Shown here: positions 27,887 to 36,041 of the stretch, piece after piece | How positions within the stretch are numbered: position 1 is the first letter of the stretch | Layout of the letters: every line of letters starts with the position of its first letter | From: a virus | IMG/VR virus record: IMGVR_UViG_3300042821_000035 | Direction: 5' to 3' (one strand) | Length of the DNA stretch: 64,000 bases | The notes under the pieces: model-generated | What the model was told of the DNA's origin: nothing | The model's database searches: none | Seen by the model: the letters and a program-made list of their open reading frames with translations, nothing else | Program-made: the position numbers and the translations under genes

Positions 27887-28367
27887 CCTCGTTCAGCTTG
27901 ATGAATTCAACCTTCTCCATCGGGCAGCAATAGACCTGCTCGGCAACGCCAGTGTTGGACGGCACGCGCTCGACAATATACCACGTTGGCTTGGTCGATC
28001 CGTAGATCACCGCCGCATGAGCGAAGTCGATACTCACAACCGCGTAGGCGTAGACCACGCCGTTGCGATCAACCGCAGGGACGTTGCTGACGAAGACATG
28101 CGGATCAGGCCAGTCTTCGGCTGACGAAAAATGGCGCTGGCGATGCTTGACCTCGACACGCAGGCGCCGGTCGTCGGTCAGGATAAACAGGTCGCCACCA
28201 TCGAGATATTTCATATTCACTGCCGCACTGGGCGCCAGTCTCAGTGGCGGAATCTCCACACCGCGCCCTCGGTTGTGCTGATACCTCGCGACCGCGAACA
28301 CCGCATCCGATGACGCCTTGAGGCGCTGCAAGAACCGCCCGTGCTGCTCCTCTGACCACTTTGGCAC
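27873..28367 (-). CDS. Putative PD-(D/E)xK nuclease-fold protein
   Basis: DGGDLF...RVEVKHR motif. Confidence 0.55.
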   Translation of the reverse strand: MPKWSEEQHGRFLQRLKASSDAVFAVARYQHNRGRGVEIPPLRLAPSAAVNMKYLDGGDLFILTDDRRLRVEVKHRQRHFSSAEDWPDPHVFVSNVPAVDRNGVVYAYAVVSIDFAHAAVIYGSTKPTWYIVERVPSNTGVAEQVYCCPMEKVEFIKLNEVADG

Positions 28368-28547
28368 CTAGCGACCCCTGCCGCTGCGCTTCGACGGCTT
28401 GAACTGCACCACCACCTTGCCGCCCTTGCGGGTCTCGGTCTTTTTCTGCTTGAAGGCGTTGTCCATCATCTTCTTGTTAGCCTCGACCCTCGCCTCGCGC
28501 ATTGCGCGCAGCTGCGCCTCGCGTGGCCCGATCTTTTTCTCGCTCAT
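28368..28547 (-). CDS. Small basic protein (59 aa)
   Basis: AGGAGG RBS before ATG 28547. Confidence 0.55.
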   Translation of the reverse strand: MSEKKIGPREAQLRAMREARVEANKKMMDNAFKQKKTETRKGGKVVVQFKPSKRSGRGR

Positions 28548-28725
28548 CGTCCTTCCTCCTGTTGAGTTCGTGGTATTGCTCGCACCAGCTGTCAATGTCG
28601 TCCTGCGTGTAGCCGCGCGCGTTCATCTCCTGCCAGAATGTCTCGCGCGTCATCTGGTTGTCGCCGTACTGACCGAGCAGGTAGTGCAGCGCGTCGTACT
28701 TGGTTGTCGGCTTGGTTTTTATCAT
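28477..28725 (-). CDS. Hypothetical protein
   Basis: ATG 28725 coupled to the MTase stop. Confidence 0.5.
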   Translation of the reverse strand: MIKTKPTTKYDALHYLLGQYGDNQMTRETFWQEMNARGYTQDDIDSWCEQYHELNRRKDDEREKDRATRGAAARNARGEGRG

Positions 28726-29330
28726 CGCCTGCTCCTCGGCGCCTCGGCGCCCCAGCGATCCCAATTGACACGCACCTTGCGGGCATTCAACTCGATCTTG
28801 GGCAGCGTCGGATAATAGGCCTCGATCATATCGTAGAAGACACTCGGCTTCTCGCTGTGCCTGCCGCGCGGCGACGTGATCACCGACGCCCATTGCGTGC
28901 CCGGCGCCGGAGCCGGAATGCTGCCACGGGTACCGACCAGCAATAGCTCATGCGTATTCCGATTCCAGTATCCGGTGCCGATCTTGTCCTTGAGCCAGAC
29001 CCAGTGCGATTTGTACTTGAAGCCCCAAGCCTTCATCACCTCCAGCGCCTGCGTCAGCATCGGCACTGTGGCCCAGAGAAACAACACGCAGTGCCGGGCG
29101 GCGATGCTCAGCACGTTGCGCGACTTGATGATGTCCAGCGACGAGGTGGCGTAGTGGTTGTCGGCAGCGCGATCCATCCCGGTAATGCGGGAGCGCGGTT
29201 CGAACCGCCACTCCGGGTCCGCATAGATCACGCAGTATTTTTTCTTGGGCAGCGCGCGGATTTGCTTTGCTAGTGCCTTCTCGCGTCGCGCCCTGAGCTT
29301 CTGCTTGTCCTTGGTCTTCTGGCTGATCAA
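28722..29330 (-). CDS. MT-A70-family N6-adenine methyltransferase
   Basis: YCVIYADPEW, NHYATSS, CVLFLWAT, AWGFKYKSHWVWLK, HELLLVGTRG, HSEKP. Confidence 0.88.
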   Translation of the reverse strand: MISQKTKDKQKLRARREKALAKQIRALPKKKYCVIYADPEWRFEPRSRITGMDRAADNHYATSSLDIIKSRNVLSIAARHCVLFLWATVPMLTQALEVMKAWGFKYKSHWVWLKDKIGTGYWNRNTHELLLVGTRGSIPAPAPGTQWASVITSPRGRHSEKPSVFYDMIEAYYPTLPKIELNARKVRVNWDRWGAEAPRSRR

Positions 29331-29827
29331 CCAAGCCTCCGGACATTGTGGTTGCTGTACAGGCGCAGGTGCACCCGGCAATAGCTCGACCGTGAGCCGT
29401 TGGCATCAACGGTGCGTGGCTTTCCGCAGACCTTTTGCAACAACCATTTTCCAGCGCGTGGTCGATCCAGAATTGCCTTGCAGCCGTTGGCGGGCAGGTC
29501 GAGGTAATCGACACCTTTCCACACTCGAAGGGCTTCGAGGTCTTTCTCTGTGACGGAAGCCTGCGGGGTTGCTGCTTTGTCGGTCATGCGCGTGCTCCTT
29601 GGCTGGTTGATAGGATGGATAATTTTCGGTGGCGTTGTCTTCGTCGGTTGCGATGTAGTGCGACGGAAAGGATTCTGTTTCTCCGCGATGCGAAAGCGGC
29701 GCCCGGCGATGGCATTGCGGCTGACGTTGTAGCCCTTCGCCTTCATGCCCTCGGCGACGTAGCCGTATGATCCGCCCTCGTCGAACAACTTGATCAGCAG
29801 ACTGTCCGCTTCTTCGGTCCAGATCAT
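29327..29827 (-). CDS. gcrA: GcrA-like cell-cycle transcription regulator
   Basis: WTEE...VSRNAIAGRRFRI HTH; C-terminal YLDLPANGCK...VCG...SYCRVH Cys/His motif. Confidence 0.8.
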   Translation of the reverse strand: MIWTEEADSLLIKLFDEGGSYGYVAEGMKAKGYNVSRNAIAGRRFRIAEKQNPFRRTTSQPTKTTPPKIIHPINQPRSTRMTDKAATPQASVTEKDLEALRVWKGVDYLDLPANGCKAILDRPRAGKWLLQKVCGKPRTVDANGSRSSYCRVHLRLYSNHNVRRLG

Positions 29828-30057
29828 CAAGCTCGCCTTTTGAAAACGTCCGGGCGAATCTGCTCGGGTGTCATCTCCAGTAGCGGCGCCAGATCGAGCA
29901 CGTGGTGGGCCGGGACTCGTTTCCACGCCGAGACGTTCTGCGGTGAGATGCCGAGATGCTTGGCGACCGCCGCCGCAAACCCGGCCCGTGCGAAAATCAT
30001 TTTCATCACGTCGTCCCGGTGCTCACCACGCTCTGATCTCTTCATGTACTTGCTCAT
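29827..30057 (-). CDS. Cro/YdaS-like helix-turn-helix regulator
   Basis: AAAVAKHLGISPQNVSAWKRVPAHHV...EQIRPDVF; exact start uncertain (30057 or 30099). Confidence 0.85.
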   Translation of the reverse strand: MSKYMKRSERGEHRDDVMKMIFARAGFAAAVAKHLGISPQNVSAWKRVPAHHVLDLAPLLEMTPEQIRPDVFKRRA

Positions 30058-30145
30058 CAAGGGGTTTCTGCGTGACACGACGTTGCTGGTTGTGCTCATC
30101 AAGTTCGACCTCGTATCAATGCCTATGTGCCAAAGCACGAAGCTG

Positions 30146-30174
30146 TTTACAATCACATTTCTATTACGTATATG
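30146..30174 (+). promoter_or_regulatory. Candidate sigma70 promoter TTTACA-N17-TATATG for the RAMP operon
   Basis: AT-rich divergent intergenic region, ~50 nt upstream of ATG 30227. Confidence 0.5.
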
Positions 30175-30226
30175 CTGATTGTTGCCAAAATCCAAATTTC
30201 AATTTTTCAAAGGAGCAAGAGACCAA

Positions 30227-31012
30227 ATGGCAGTGAAGAAGAAGACCGAGAAGCCCGCCCCCATCACAACAAAGGGGGTGATCAACCTCGCCGAGTTGAT
30301 GTCCACCGAGGTGGCCTACCAGCATTTCCGCATCTGGCTGGTTGGCGGTACGCCGCTGATCACGCACGCATGGTCCGAGAAGGCCAAGCGGGAGATGCTG
30401 CAGAAGCAGGTCAAGGGTACCAAGGGCGGCAAGGAAGCCCGCGATCCGCATGATGACTTCGTGAACTCGCTCTATGAGATGGGCCACGTCAAAGGCAAAC
30501 CGATCTATGGTTTCCCGGTCACCGGAATCAAGAACGCGATTCTGTCTGCCGCGCACAAGGACAAGGGCGTGCCACGCACGACCGTGATGAGCGCACTCTA
30601 TCTCGACGCAAATTTGGTTCGCGTCAGGCCAGCGCTCGCTGGTGCGATTTGTGACATGCCCTTGGTGCGCATCTACTCCGGCGATCCGGAGATGCGCGAG
30701 GACATGGTTCGCGTCGGTGCTGGCCTGAACAAGAAGGCATCGCTCGCCTATCGCGGACAGTTCACGCACTGGGCGGTCAGAATCACCGGCAAGTTCAATA
30801 GCGCGGTGCTCAACGGTCAGCAGCTTGGCTTCCTCATCAACGAGTCTGGCACTGGGGTGGGCATTGGCGAATGGCGCAACGAAAAACGTGGCATGTTTGG
30901 CGCGTTCCGCATGGCCAACCTCGCCGAGGGTGAGGCTTGGGAAAAATTCGCGGCGGGTAAGGGGCCGCTGCCGAAGCGTGAGGAAGACGACATTCTGGAA
31001 GCAGCGGAGTAA
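30227..31012 (+). CDS. Cas7/RAMP-like RNA-binding protein (Vipr-like effector), 261 aa
   Basis: N-terminal strand FRIWLVGGTPLITHAW, central YGFPVTGIKNAILSAA, C-terminal Gly-rich loop GTGVGIGEWRNEKRGMFGAF; AAAGGAGCAA RBS; adjacent pentamer array; no cas1/cas2/cas3 nearby. Confidence 0.75.
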   Translation: MAVKKKTEKPAPITTKGVINLAELMSTEVAYQHFRIWLVGGTPLITHAWSEKAKREMLQKQVKGTKGGKEARDPHDDFVNSLYEMGHVKGKPIYGFPVTGIKNAILSAAHKDKGVPRTTVMSALYLDANLVRVRPALAGAICDMPLVRIYSGDPEMREDMVRVGAGLNKKASLAYRGQFTHWAVRITGKFNSAVLNGQQLGFLINESGTGVGIGEWRNEKRGMFGAFRMANLAEGEAWEKFAAGKGPLPKREEDDILEAAE

Positions 31013-31019
31013 TCACAAC

Positions 31020-31553
31020 ATGATCCGATACGTTTTTAAGGACAAACCTCTCGTCATCAAGGGAGGCGCTAAAGCCGATCCACAAAAGATCGGCGAGGCG
31101 CTGGCGAGAATCAGGGAGCAGACCAAGGGCCGGTGCAATTCAAAGACCGTGCTCGATGCTGCGCGCAACAACAAGCACTACCTGCATCGCTTCTTTGAAT
31201 GGCGCGACACCATCGCGGCGGAAAAGTATCGGCAGGAGCAGGCGCGCGAGCTTGTCGGCTGCGTTGATATTGTCGAGCGCGCTGAGAAGAAGGGCGATGC
31301 CGACAGGCGGTTGCCTGCGTTCATCAGCCTGTCAGAAAAGGGCGGTCGCAATATTCGCACGGTGCAGGAGGTGCTCGAAAGCAGCGCGCTGCAGGCGATA
31401 GCGCTGAAGCAAGCGGAAAATGATCTAGCTGCTTACGAGCGGCGGCTAGAGGTATTCGGTGATATCTGCAACGCGATCAGGCAAGCAAGAGAAATGATCG
31501 CTGCGCGGCGCGCACGGTACGAGGCTTCGGGCGGTTTTCCGGGGCACGCGTAG
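31020..31553 (+). CDS. Conserved-looking accessory protein between the RAMP gene and the array (177 aa)
   Basis: ATG 7 nt after the RAMP stop; LHRFFEWRDTIAAEKYRQEQARELV motif; its stop abuts the array leader. Confidence 0.75.
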   Translation: MIRYVFKDKPLVIKGGAKADPQKIGEALARIREQTKGRCNSKTVLDAARNNKHYLHRFFEWRDTIAAEKYRQEQARELVGCVDIVERAEKKGDADRRLPAFISLSEKGGRNIRTVQEVLESSALQAIALKQAENDLAAYERRLEVFGDICNAIRQAREMIAARRARYEASGGFPGHA

Positions 31554-32403
31554 GTTAAGACTATTGGCAAGGCAGGTCATGGCTCGTTCTGGTTTGGCGT
31601 GTCGGGGCCGTAGTCAGGCATGGCAAGGCAGGCGAGGCACGGCAAGGCCCGGCTGCGCAAGTCGGGGCATGGCGAGGCCGAGCAAGGCAAGGCAAGGCAG
31701 GCGAGGCGTGGCATTGTATGACTCGACTCGGTCAGGCAGGTCCGCGCGTGGCAAGGCAGGCATGGCTTGTCCGGTCAAGGCCCGGAGCGGCGATGGCGTT
31801 GTAAGTCGGCGCACGGCAAGGCAGGCACGGCGTGTCTGGTTCAGGCTTCGCATCGCAAAGCGCTGCAGGGCTAAGGCAAGGCAGGCGTGGCGCGGCGCGA
31901 CGTGGCTAGGTCAGTCAGGTTCAGGCGAGGCTTGGTCTGTTGCGGCGAGGCAAGGCAAGGCAAGGCAGGCGTGGCTTGGCACTCTACGGCAAGGCGGTGT
32001 CCGGCACGTCGGTGTAAGGCAGGCATGGCCGGGCTGGGTGCGGCAGAGTCGGGAGTGTCATGTCGTGTTCTGGTCAGGCAAGGCAATGCGCGTCTGGTCT
32101 CTGCAAGGCAGGCACGGCGGGGCGCGGCTGATCTGGGTTAGGTTGGTCGCGTTACTGCAAGCCATGGCAAGGCAGGCTTGGCAAGGCTGGTCTCGGAGTG
32201 GCGATGTCAGTTCAGGCATTGCTAGTCGGGAGGCTGGCGAGGCAAGGCAGGCAAGGCGTGGCGACGCAATGCGCGGCTAGTCCGTGCCGGGCGGTTGCGA
32301 GGCTTAGTCTGGAGTGCCAAGGCAAGGCAGGCAAGGTCCGTCCAGTCCGATCTAGTCGAGGCGTTTTTCGGCGAGGCGGGGTGGTGCTGGTCAAGGCAGG
32401 CTA
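31554..32403 (+). repeat. GGY-NN pentamer array (candidate multi-guide vrRNA), 12 units delimited by AAGGCAGGC
   Basis: 5-nt periodicity; AAGGCAGGC at 31625, 31694, 31753, 31818, 31878, 31962, 32016, 32105, 32169, 32244, 32324, 32393. Confidence 0.93.
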
Positions 32404-32406
32404 ATC

Positions 32407-32432
32407 GGGGGTGAGCGCTGTTGCTCACCCCC
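32407..32432 (+). terminator. Hairpin GGGGGTGAGC-GCTGTT-GCTCACCCCC closing the array
   Basis: Perfect 10-bp stem right after the last AAGGCAGGC. Confidence 0.7.
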
Positions 32433-32457
32433 ACAATTTCAAAAAAGGAGCAAAAAA

Positions 32458-33393
32458 GTGGAAGTCAGAAAATGGGATGGCAAGCCAATCACAGAGAACG
32501 GTTGGGTCAGCGACATCCCCATTGAGCGCTATCACAGCGCCGGAATGTGCTCTGGCCCGTCGGTGTCGAGCACTGATTTGCGCACGTGCTGGAGCCACTC
32601 GCCCGCGAAGATGTTTGCGTTCTGGGCCGAGAATCCGCAGCGCGAGGAGCGCGAGGTCACCAACGCCATGCTGCTTGGCGGCTGCGCGCATTATCTCCTG
32701 CTCGGCGAAGCAAACTTCCGTCAGAAGTATGCGGCGCAGCCCGAAGAATATCCGGGCCCGAAGGGCGAAATGAAGAAGTGGCACATGGGCGCCGACTACT
32801 GCAAGGAGTGGGTCGCGTTTCATGAGGCCAAGGGCTTCACCATCGTCACGGTCAAGATACTGAACGCTATCGTCAAGATGGCCGAGTCGCTGCGCATCTT
32901 GGCGCTGGTCAAGGATGGCTTGCTGCGTGGCCATGTCGAAACGTCTGGCTTCTTCTGGGACCAAGAAAGCAACCTTTGGTTAAAAGTCAGGCCCGATGTG
33001 GTCCCGTCCGACGGTCCCGAGTTCGTAGACCTGAAGACCGCTGCCGACGTGACAACGGTCGCGCTGCAGAACAGCATCCACACCTATGGCTACAATCAAC
33101 AGGCTGCGCTGATCGCCGAAGTCTGCGAAGGACTCGGCCAGCCGTTTGACGGCTTCATGTGCATGTTTGTCGAGACCAAGGCGCCGTACTGCGCGCGCAT
33201 GGCGCCGCTGACAGACGTTGATCTCGGGCTGGGCCGCCAGCAAAACCGCGACAGCCTGCGCAGGATCAGCGCGAGCATCAAGGCCGGACACTGGCCGGGG
33301 CCGGGCGAGGACAACCCGCTGCAGCCGCTGGGCATGGGCAAAGACAAACGCGAGCGCATCATGGCGAGATTGACGCATGAAGGATTGGTATAA
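32458..33393 (+). CDS. Exonuclease VIII/RecE-like PD-(D/E)xK nuclease (DUF3799-like)
   Basis: VSSTDL, LKVRPDVV, FVDLKTAAD, YGYNQQAA; upstream of recT. Confidence 0.85.
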   Translation: MEVRKWDGKPITENGWVSDIPIERYHSAGMCSGPSVSSTDLRTCWSHSPAKMFAFWAENPQREEREVTNAMLLGGCAHYLLLGEANFRQKYAAQPEEYPGPKGEMKKWHMGADYCKEWVAFHEAKGFTIVTVKILNAIVKMAESLRILALVKDGLLRGHVETSGFFWDQESNLWLKVRPDVVPSDGPEFVDLKTAADVTTVALQNSIHTYGYNQQAALIAEVCEGLGQPFDGFMCMFVETKAPYCARMAPLTDVDLGLGRQQNRDSLRRISASIKAGHWPGPGEDNPLQPLGMGKDKRERIMARLTHEGLV

Positions 33394-33977
33394 TGGCTAA
33401 GACTTTTTCGGTGAGACTGGAGATAGAAGAGATCGCGCTCGGCACCGTGCTGCGCAAGCTGCACGACATGCCCGGCGTGGCGAAGCTCGATCTGGATTTC
33501 GGGGAGGGTGGCAAGGGGCCCGGCAAGGAGAAGCTGCAGCAGGCGGCAGCCGAGTTGAACGGCTCTCCGGAGGAGGCGATCCTCAAGGCGCTGGCCAACG
33601 GCCCGATGAAGTCGCGCGACCTGATCAACGCCACCGGCATGAAGGACCATCGCGTCTATTATGCCATCGGCAAGCTCGGTCTCAAGCGCAACGCCGAGGG
33701 CCTGTATCAGGTGACGGCGCTGTCTGCTCCTGATGTCCAGCGTGGTCCAAACGGCCGGGCGGCGCCGGGATCGGGTCCGGCTTTACTACGGCTGGCACTG
33801 GGCTCGGGCCCGCTACCGGTCGCCGAGTTGAAGTCGATCCTGCGTGGCCACGGCATGTCTCCCAAGTCACTGTCAGGCGTGATGGACCGAGCCAAACGGG
33901 ACAACCTGATCAAGAAGGTTGGCGAGGGCTACACGCTGACCGCCAAGGCGAAGGCCAACGGTGAAGCGCATGGCTAA
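33393..33977 (+). CDS. Putative winged-helix DNA-binding protein
   Basis: Two wHTH-like segments (ILKALANGPMKSRDL; LRLALGSGPLPVAEL). Confidence 0.55.
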   Translation: MAKTFSVRLEIEEIALGTVLRKLHDMPGVAKLDLDFGEGGKGPGKEKLQQAAAELNGSPEEAILKALANGPMKSRDLINATGMKDHRVYYAIGKLGLKRNAEGLYQVTALSAPDVQRGPNGRAAPGSGPALLRLALGSGPLPVAELKSILRGHGMSPKSLSGVMDRAKRDNLIKKVGEGYTLTAKAKANGEAHG

Positions 33978-34311
33978 GTGGGTACGCATCTATCGGACCT
34001 ACCAGTACGTGGACAAAAATCCTGTGGTGGACCGCGTCCGTACCATTGTGCAGGACGAGAAACTGTTTGATAAACTGGGCATCGTGCACGAGCTTTCGAA
34101 CGTCTCGAAGGCAACCTTAGTCGGCTGGTTCCATGGTTCGACGCGCAATCCGCAGCACCATACGGTTGCTGCAGTGGTGACCGCGATGGGCTATGAAGAA
34201 CAGTTCGTCAAGAAAAAGGACCTGAACGTCGAACGCGAACGCAAGATCGCGGCAGACTGGACGGCGAAGCAGACAAAGAAGCCGAAGAAAAGGAGCAAAC
34301 CGAATGCCTGA
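33970..34311 (+). CDS. XRE-type HTH protein
   Basis: HELSNVSKATLVGWFHGSTRNPQHHTVAAV. Confidence 0.7.
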   Translation: MAKWVRIYRTYQYVDKNPVVDRVRTIVQDEKLFDKLGIVHELSNVSKATLVGWFHGSTRNPQHHTVAAVVTAMGYEEQFVKKKDLNVERERKIAADWTAKQTKKPKKRSKPNA

Positions 34312-35371
34312 CATGGCAGATAATCTCGCGAACATTGAGCAGCGCACCGACATGGTGAAAGCCGCCGCTGTTCAGATCGGCACCACGCTGGGCGGCGTCA
34401 CGATCAACACTGTCAACGACGTTGACGTGATGGCCCTGCGGCTGTCGCGCGGCGAGGTGGCAGTGCCGGTGCACTGTCGCGGCAAGATGGGCGTGTGCCA
34501 CGCGCTGATCCTTCAGGCGCTGGAGTGGCGCATGCCGATCATGTCGGTGATCAACAAGTCCTACGTGGTGAGCAACAAGGGCGTCGAGCGCATCGCGTAT
34601 GAGAGCCAGATGATTCACGCGATCATCGAGCGCAACGCGCCGATCAAAGGGAGGATGCGTTACGAGATCGGACATCTTGTTAACGGTGTCTGGGAAAAGG
34701 GCGGCGAGGAGGATGACGACCGGCGCTGCAAGGTGTGGGCCACCTTCCACGGAGAGACGCAGCCGCACGACTACACCTCGCAGCCGCTGGGTAAGCTGCG
34801 CGACGCGCGCGGCCGCAACGAGCAGGGAAACGTCAAAGGCTCGCCGCTGTGGGACAAGGACCCGGAGGTGCAGCTGTTCTATTCGGCGTCGCGGCAATGG
34901 GCCCGGAATTATTGCCCCGACGTGATCCTCGGCGCCTACACGCCGGAAGACCCGTACTATGCCGACGCCATGGCTGCCACCGATGTCACCCCGGTGGCCG
35001 ACAAGGTTGCTGCCTACGCACAGAAGCTGAAGGACGCCAAGGCGACCCACGTCCGAGGCTTCGACGCCGATCACGTGACCCGCGAGGCGTCAATGCGTAG
35101 CAGCCACATCATCGAGGGTGACATCATAAAGGAAGACCCAGATGGACGTACCGAAGAACGCAAAGATGCTCCTGACCCTGAGCGAGGGCCGGATGCTCCT
35201 GCACGTGGACCCGACGACAATCGAGACCAAGGCGGAAGCGGAAACCTTCATAGCGCTGGTTCAGCAGTTCGCAGTCAGCCTGCCGGAGAACAAGCCGCGC
35301 CAGCGCAAGGTGAAGGGCAAGAAGACAACATCTTCCCGCCAGACCGCAAGTCGCCGAAAGGTAAACGGTGA
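34304..35371 (+). CDS. recT: RecT/Bet-like single-strand annealing protein
   Basis: IAYESQMIHAII, W..DPEVQLFY, RNYCPDVILGAYTPED; paired with the exonuclease. Confidence 0.75.
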   Translation: MPDMADNLANIEQRTDMVKAAAVQIGTTLGGVTINTVNDVDVMALRLSRGEVAVPVHCRGKMGVCHALILQALEWRMPIMSVINKSYVVSNKGVERIAYESQMIHAIIERNAPIKGRMRYEIGHLVNGVWEKGGEEDDDRRCKVWATFHGETQPHDYTSQPLGKLRDARGRNEQGNVKGSPLWDKDPEVQLFYSASRQWARNYCPDVILGAYTPEDPYYADAMAATDVTPVADKVAAYAQKLKDAKATHVRGFDADHVTREASMRSSHIIEGDIIKEDPDGRTEERKDAPDPERGPDAPARGPDDNRDQGGSGNLHSAGSAVRSQPAGEQAAPAQGEGQEDNIFPPDRKSPKGKR

Positions 35372-35694
35372 CGTTGAGACAGAGACAGCCGAGGCTAACT
35401 GATCCCGGCTATCTCGCTTGGCTGCGCAAGCAGCGCTGCGCCTGCGGATGTCTGCAGGCGCCACCATGCGACGCGGCGCACTTGCGTGCCACGTCATTCC
35501 AGTACGGCAAGACCGGCGGATGGGGCAGGCCTGATGATCGTTGGGCCTTGCCGCTCCGGCACCAGCACCACATGGCTCAGCACCATCACGGTGACGAGCT
35601 TGCATGGTGGGCCGCACACGGGATCGCTGATCCGTTTGCACTCGCTCAAGATTACTACCAACGCTATCAACGGACCAAAGGAGCAAAAGAATAA
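35368..35694 (+). CDS. DUF968/Ref-like HNH-fold nuclease
   Basis: YLAWLRKQRCACGC...DAAHLR...DDRWALPL..QHH. Confidence 0.7.
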   Translation: MTLRQRQPRLTDPGYLAWLRKQRCACGCLQAPPCDAAHLRATSFQYGKTGGWGRPDDRWALPLRHQHHMAQHHHGDELAWWAAHGIADPFALAQDYYQRYQRTKGAKE

Positions 35695-36029
35695 TGCTGA
35701 TAAATACCCCACAAGCGATGAACCAATACGTCGGCGCGGTCATGGTGCGAGCGCGCCATCACGGCGGCAACGTCACCGATGCCGTCCGGATGCTGAAGCT
35801 GTTGGTCACCGAGTACGGTACCGATCTGCAAATCAGCGACCGCAAAGGTGGCAAGATCGGCAACGTGTCGTGGTTCAAATCGCTGGCAACCGGCAAGGCG
35901 TATTACTTCCGCTACTCCTACGCGAAGGGGATCGAGATGCGGAACAACAATTGCCATGGGCGCGTGATTGCGCGCTTCGACAACAATACCACCGCATCTG
36001 AATTCATCTCGATCTTCGAAGCCATCTGA
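35694..36029 (+). CDS. Hypothetical protein (111 aa)
   Basis: AAAGGAGCAA RBS. Confidence 0.65.
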   Translation: MLINTPQAMNQYVGAVMVRARHHGGNVTDAVRMLKLLVTEYGTDLQISDRKGGKIGNVSWFKSLATGKAYYFRYSYAKGIEMRNNNCHGRVIARFDNNTTASEFISIFEAI

Positions 36030-36041
36030 GGAAAAAATCAA

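Noticed and set aside
31554-32403. Canonical CRISPR array
   Set aside because: No 23-47 bp constant repeat alternating with unique spacers; the constant element is a trinucleotide interleaved through each unit; no cas1/cas2 seen
31554-32403. Simple microsatellite or assembly artefact
   Set aside because: NN positions differ between units, a regular delimiter and terminal hairpin are present, and an independent copy with the same leader occurs at 2271
31564-32404. 238-aa and other ORFs across the pentamer array (ARQGKARQA-type repeats)
   Set aside because: Low-complexity translations produced by the 5-nt periodicity; no RBS; a 5-nt period is incompatible with codon-level selection
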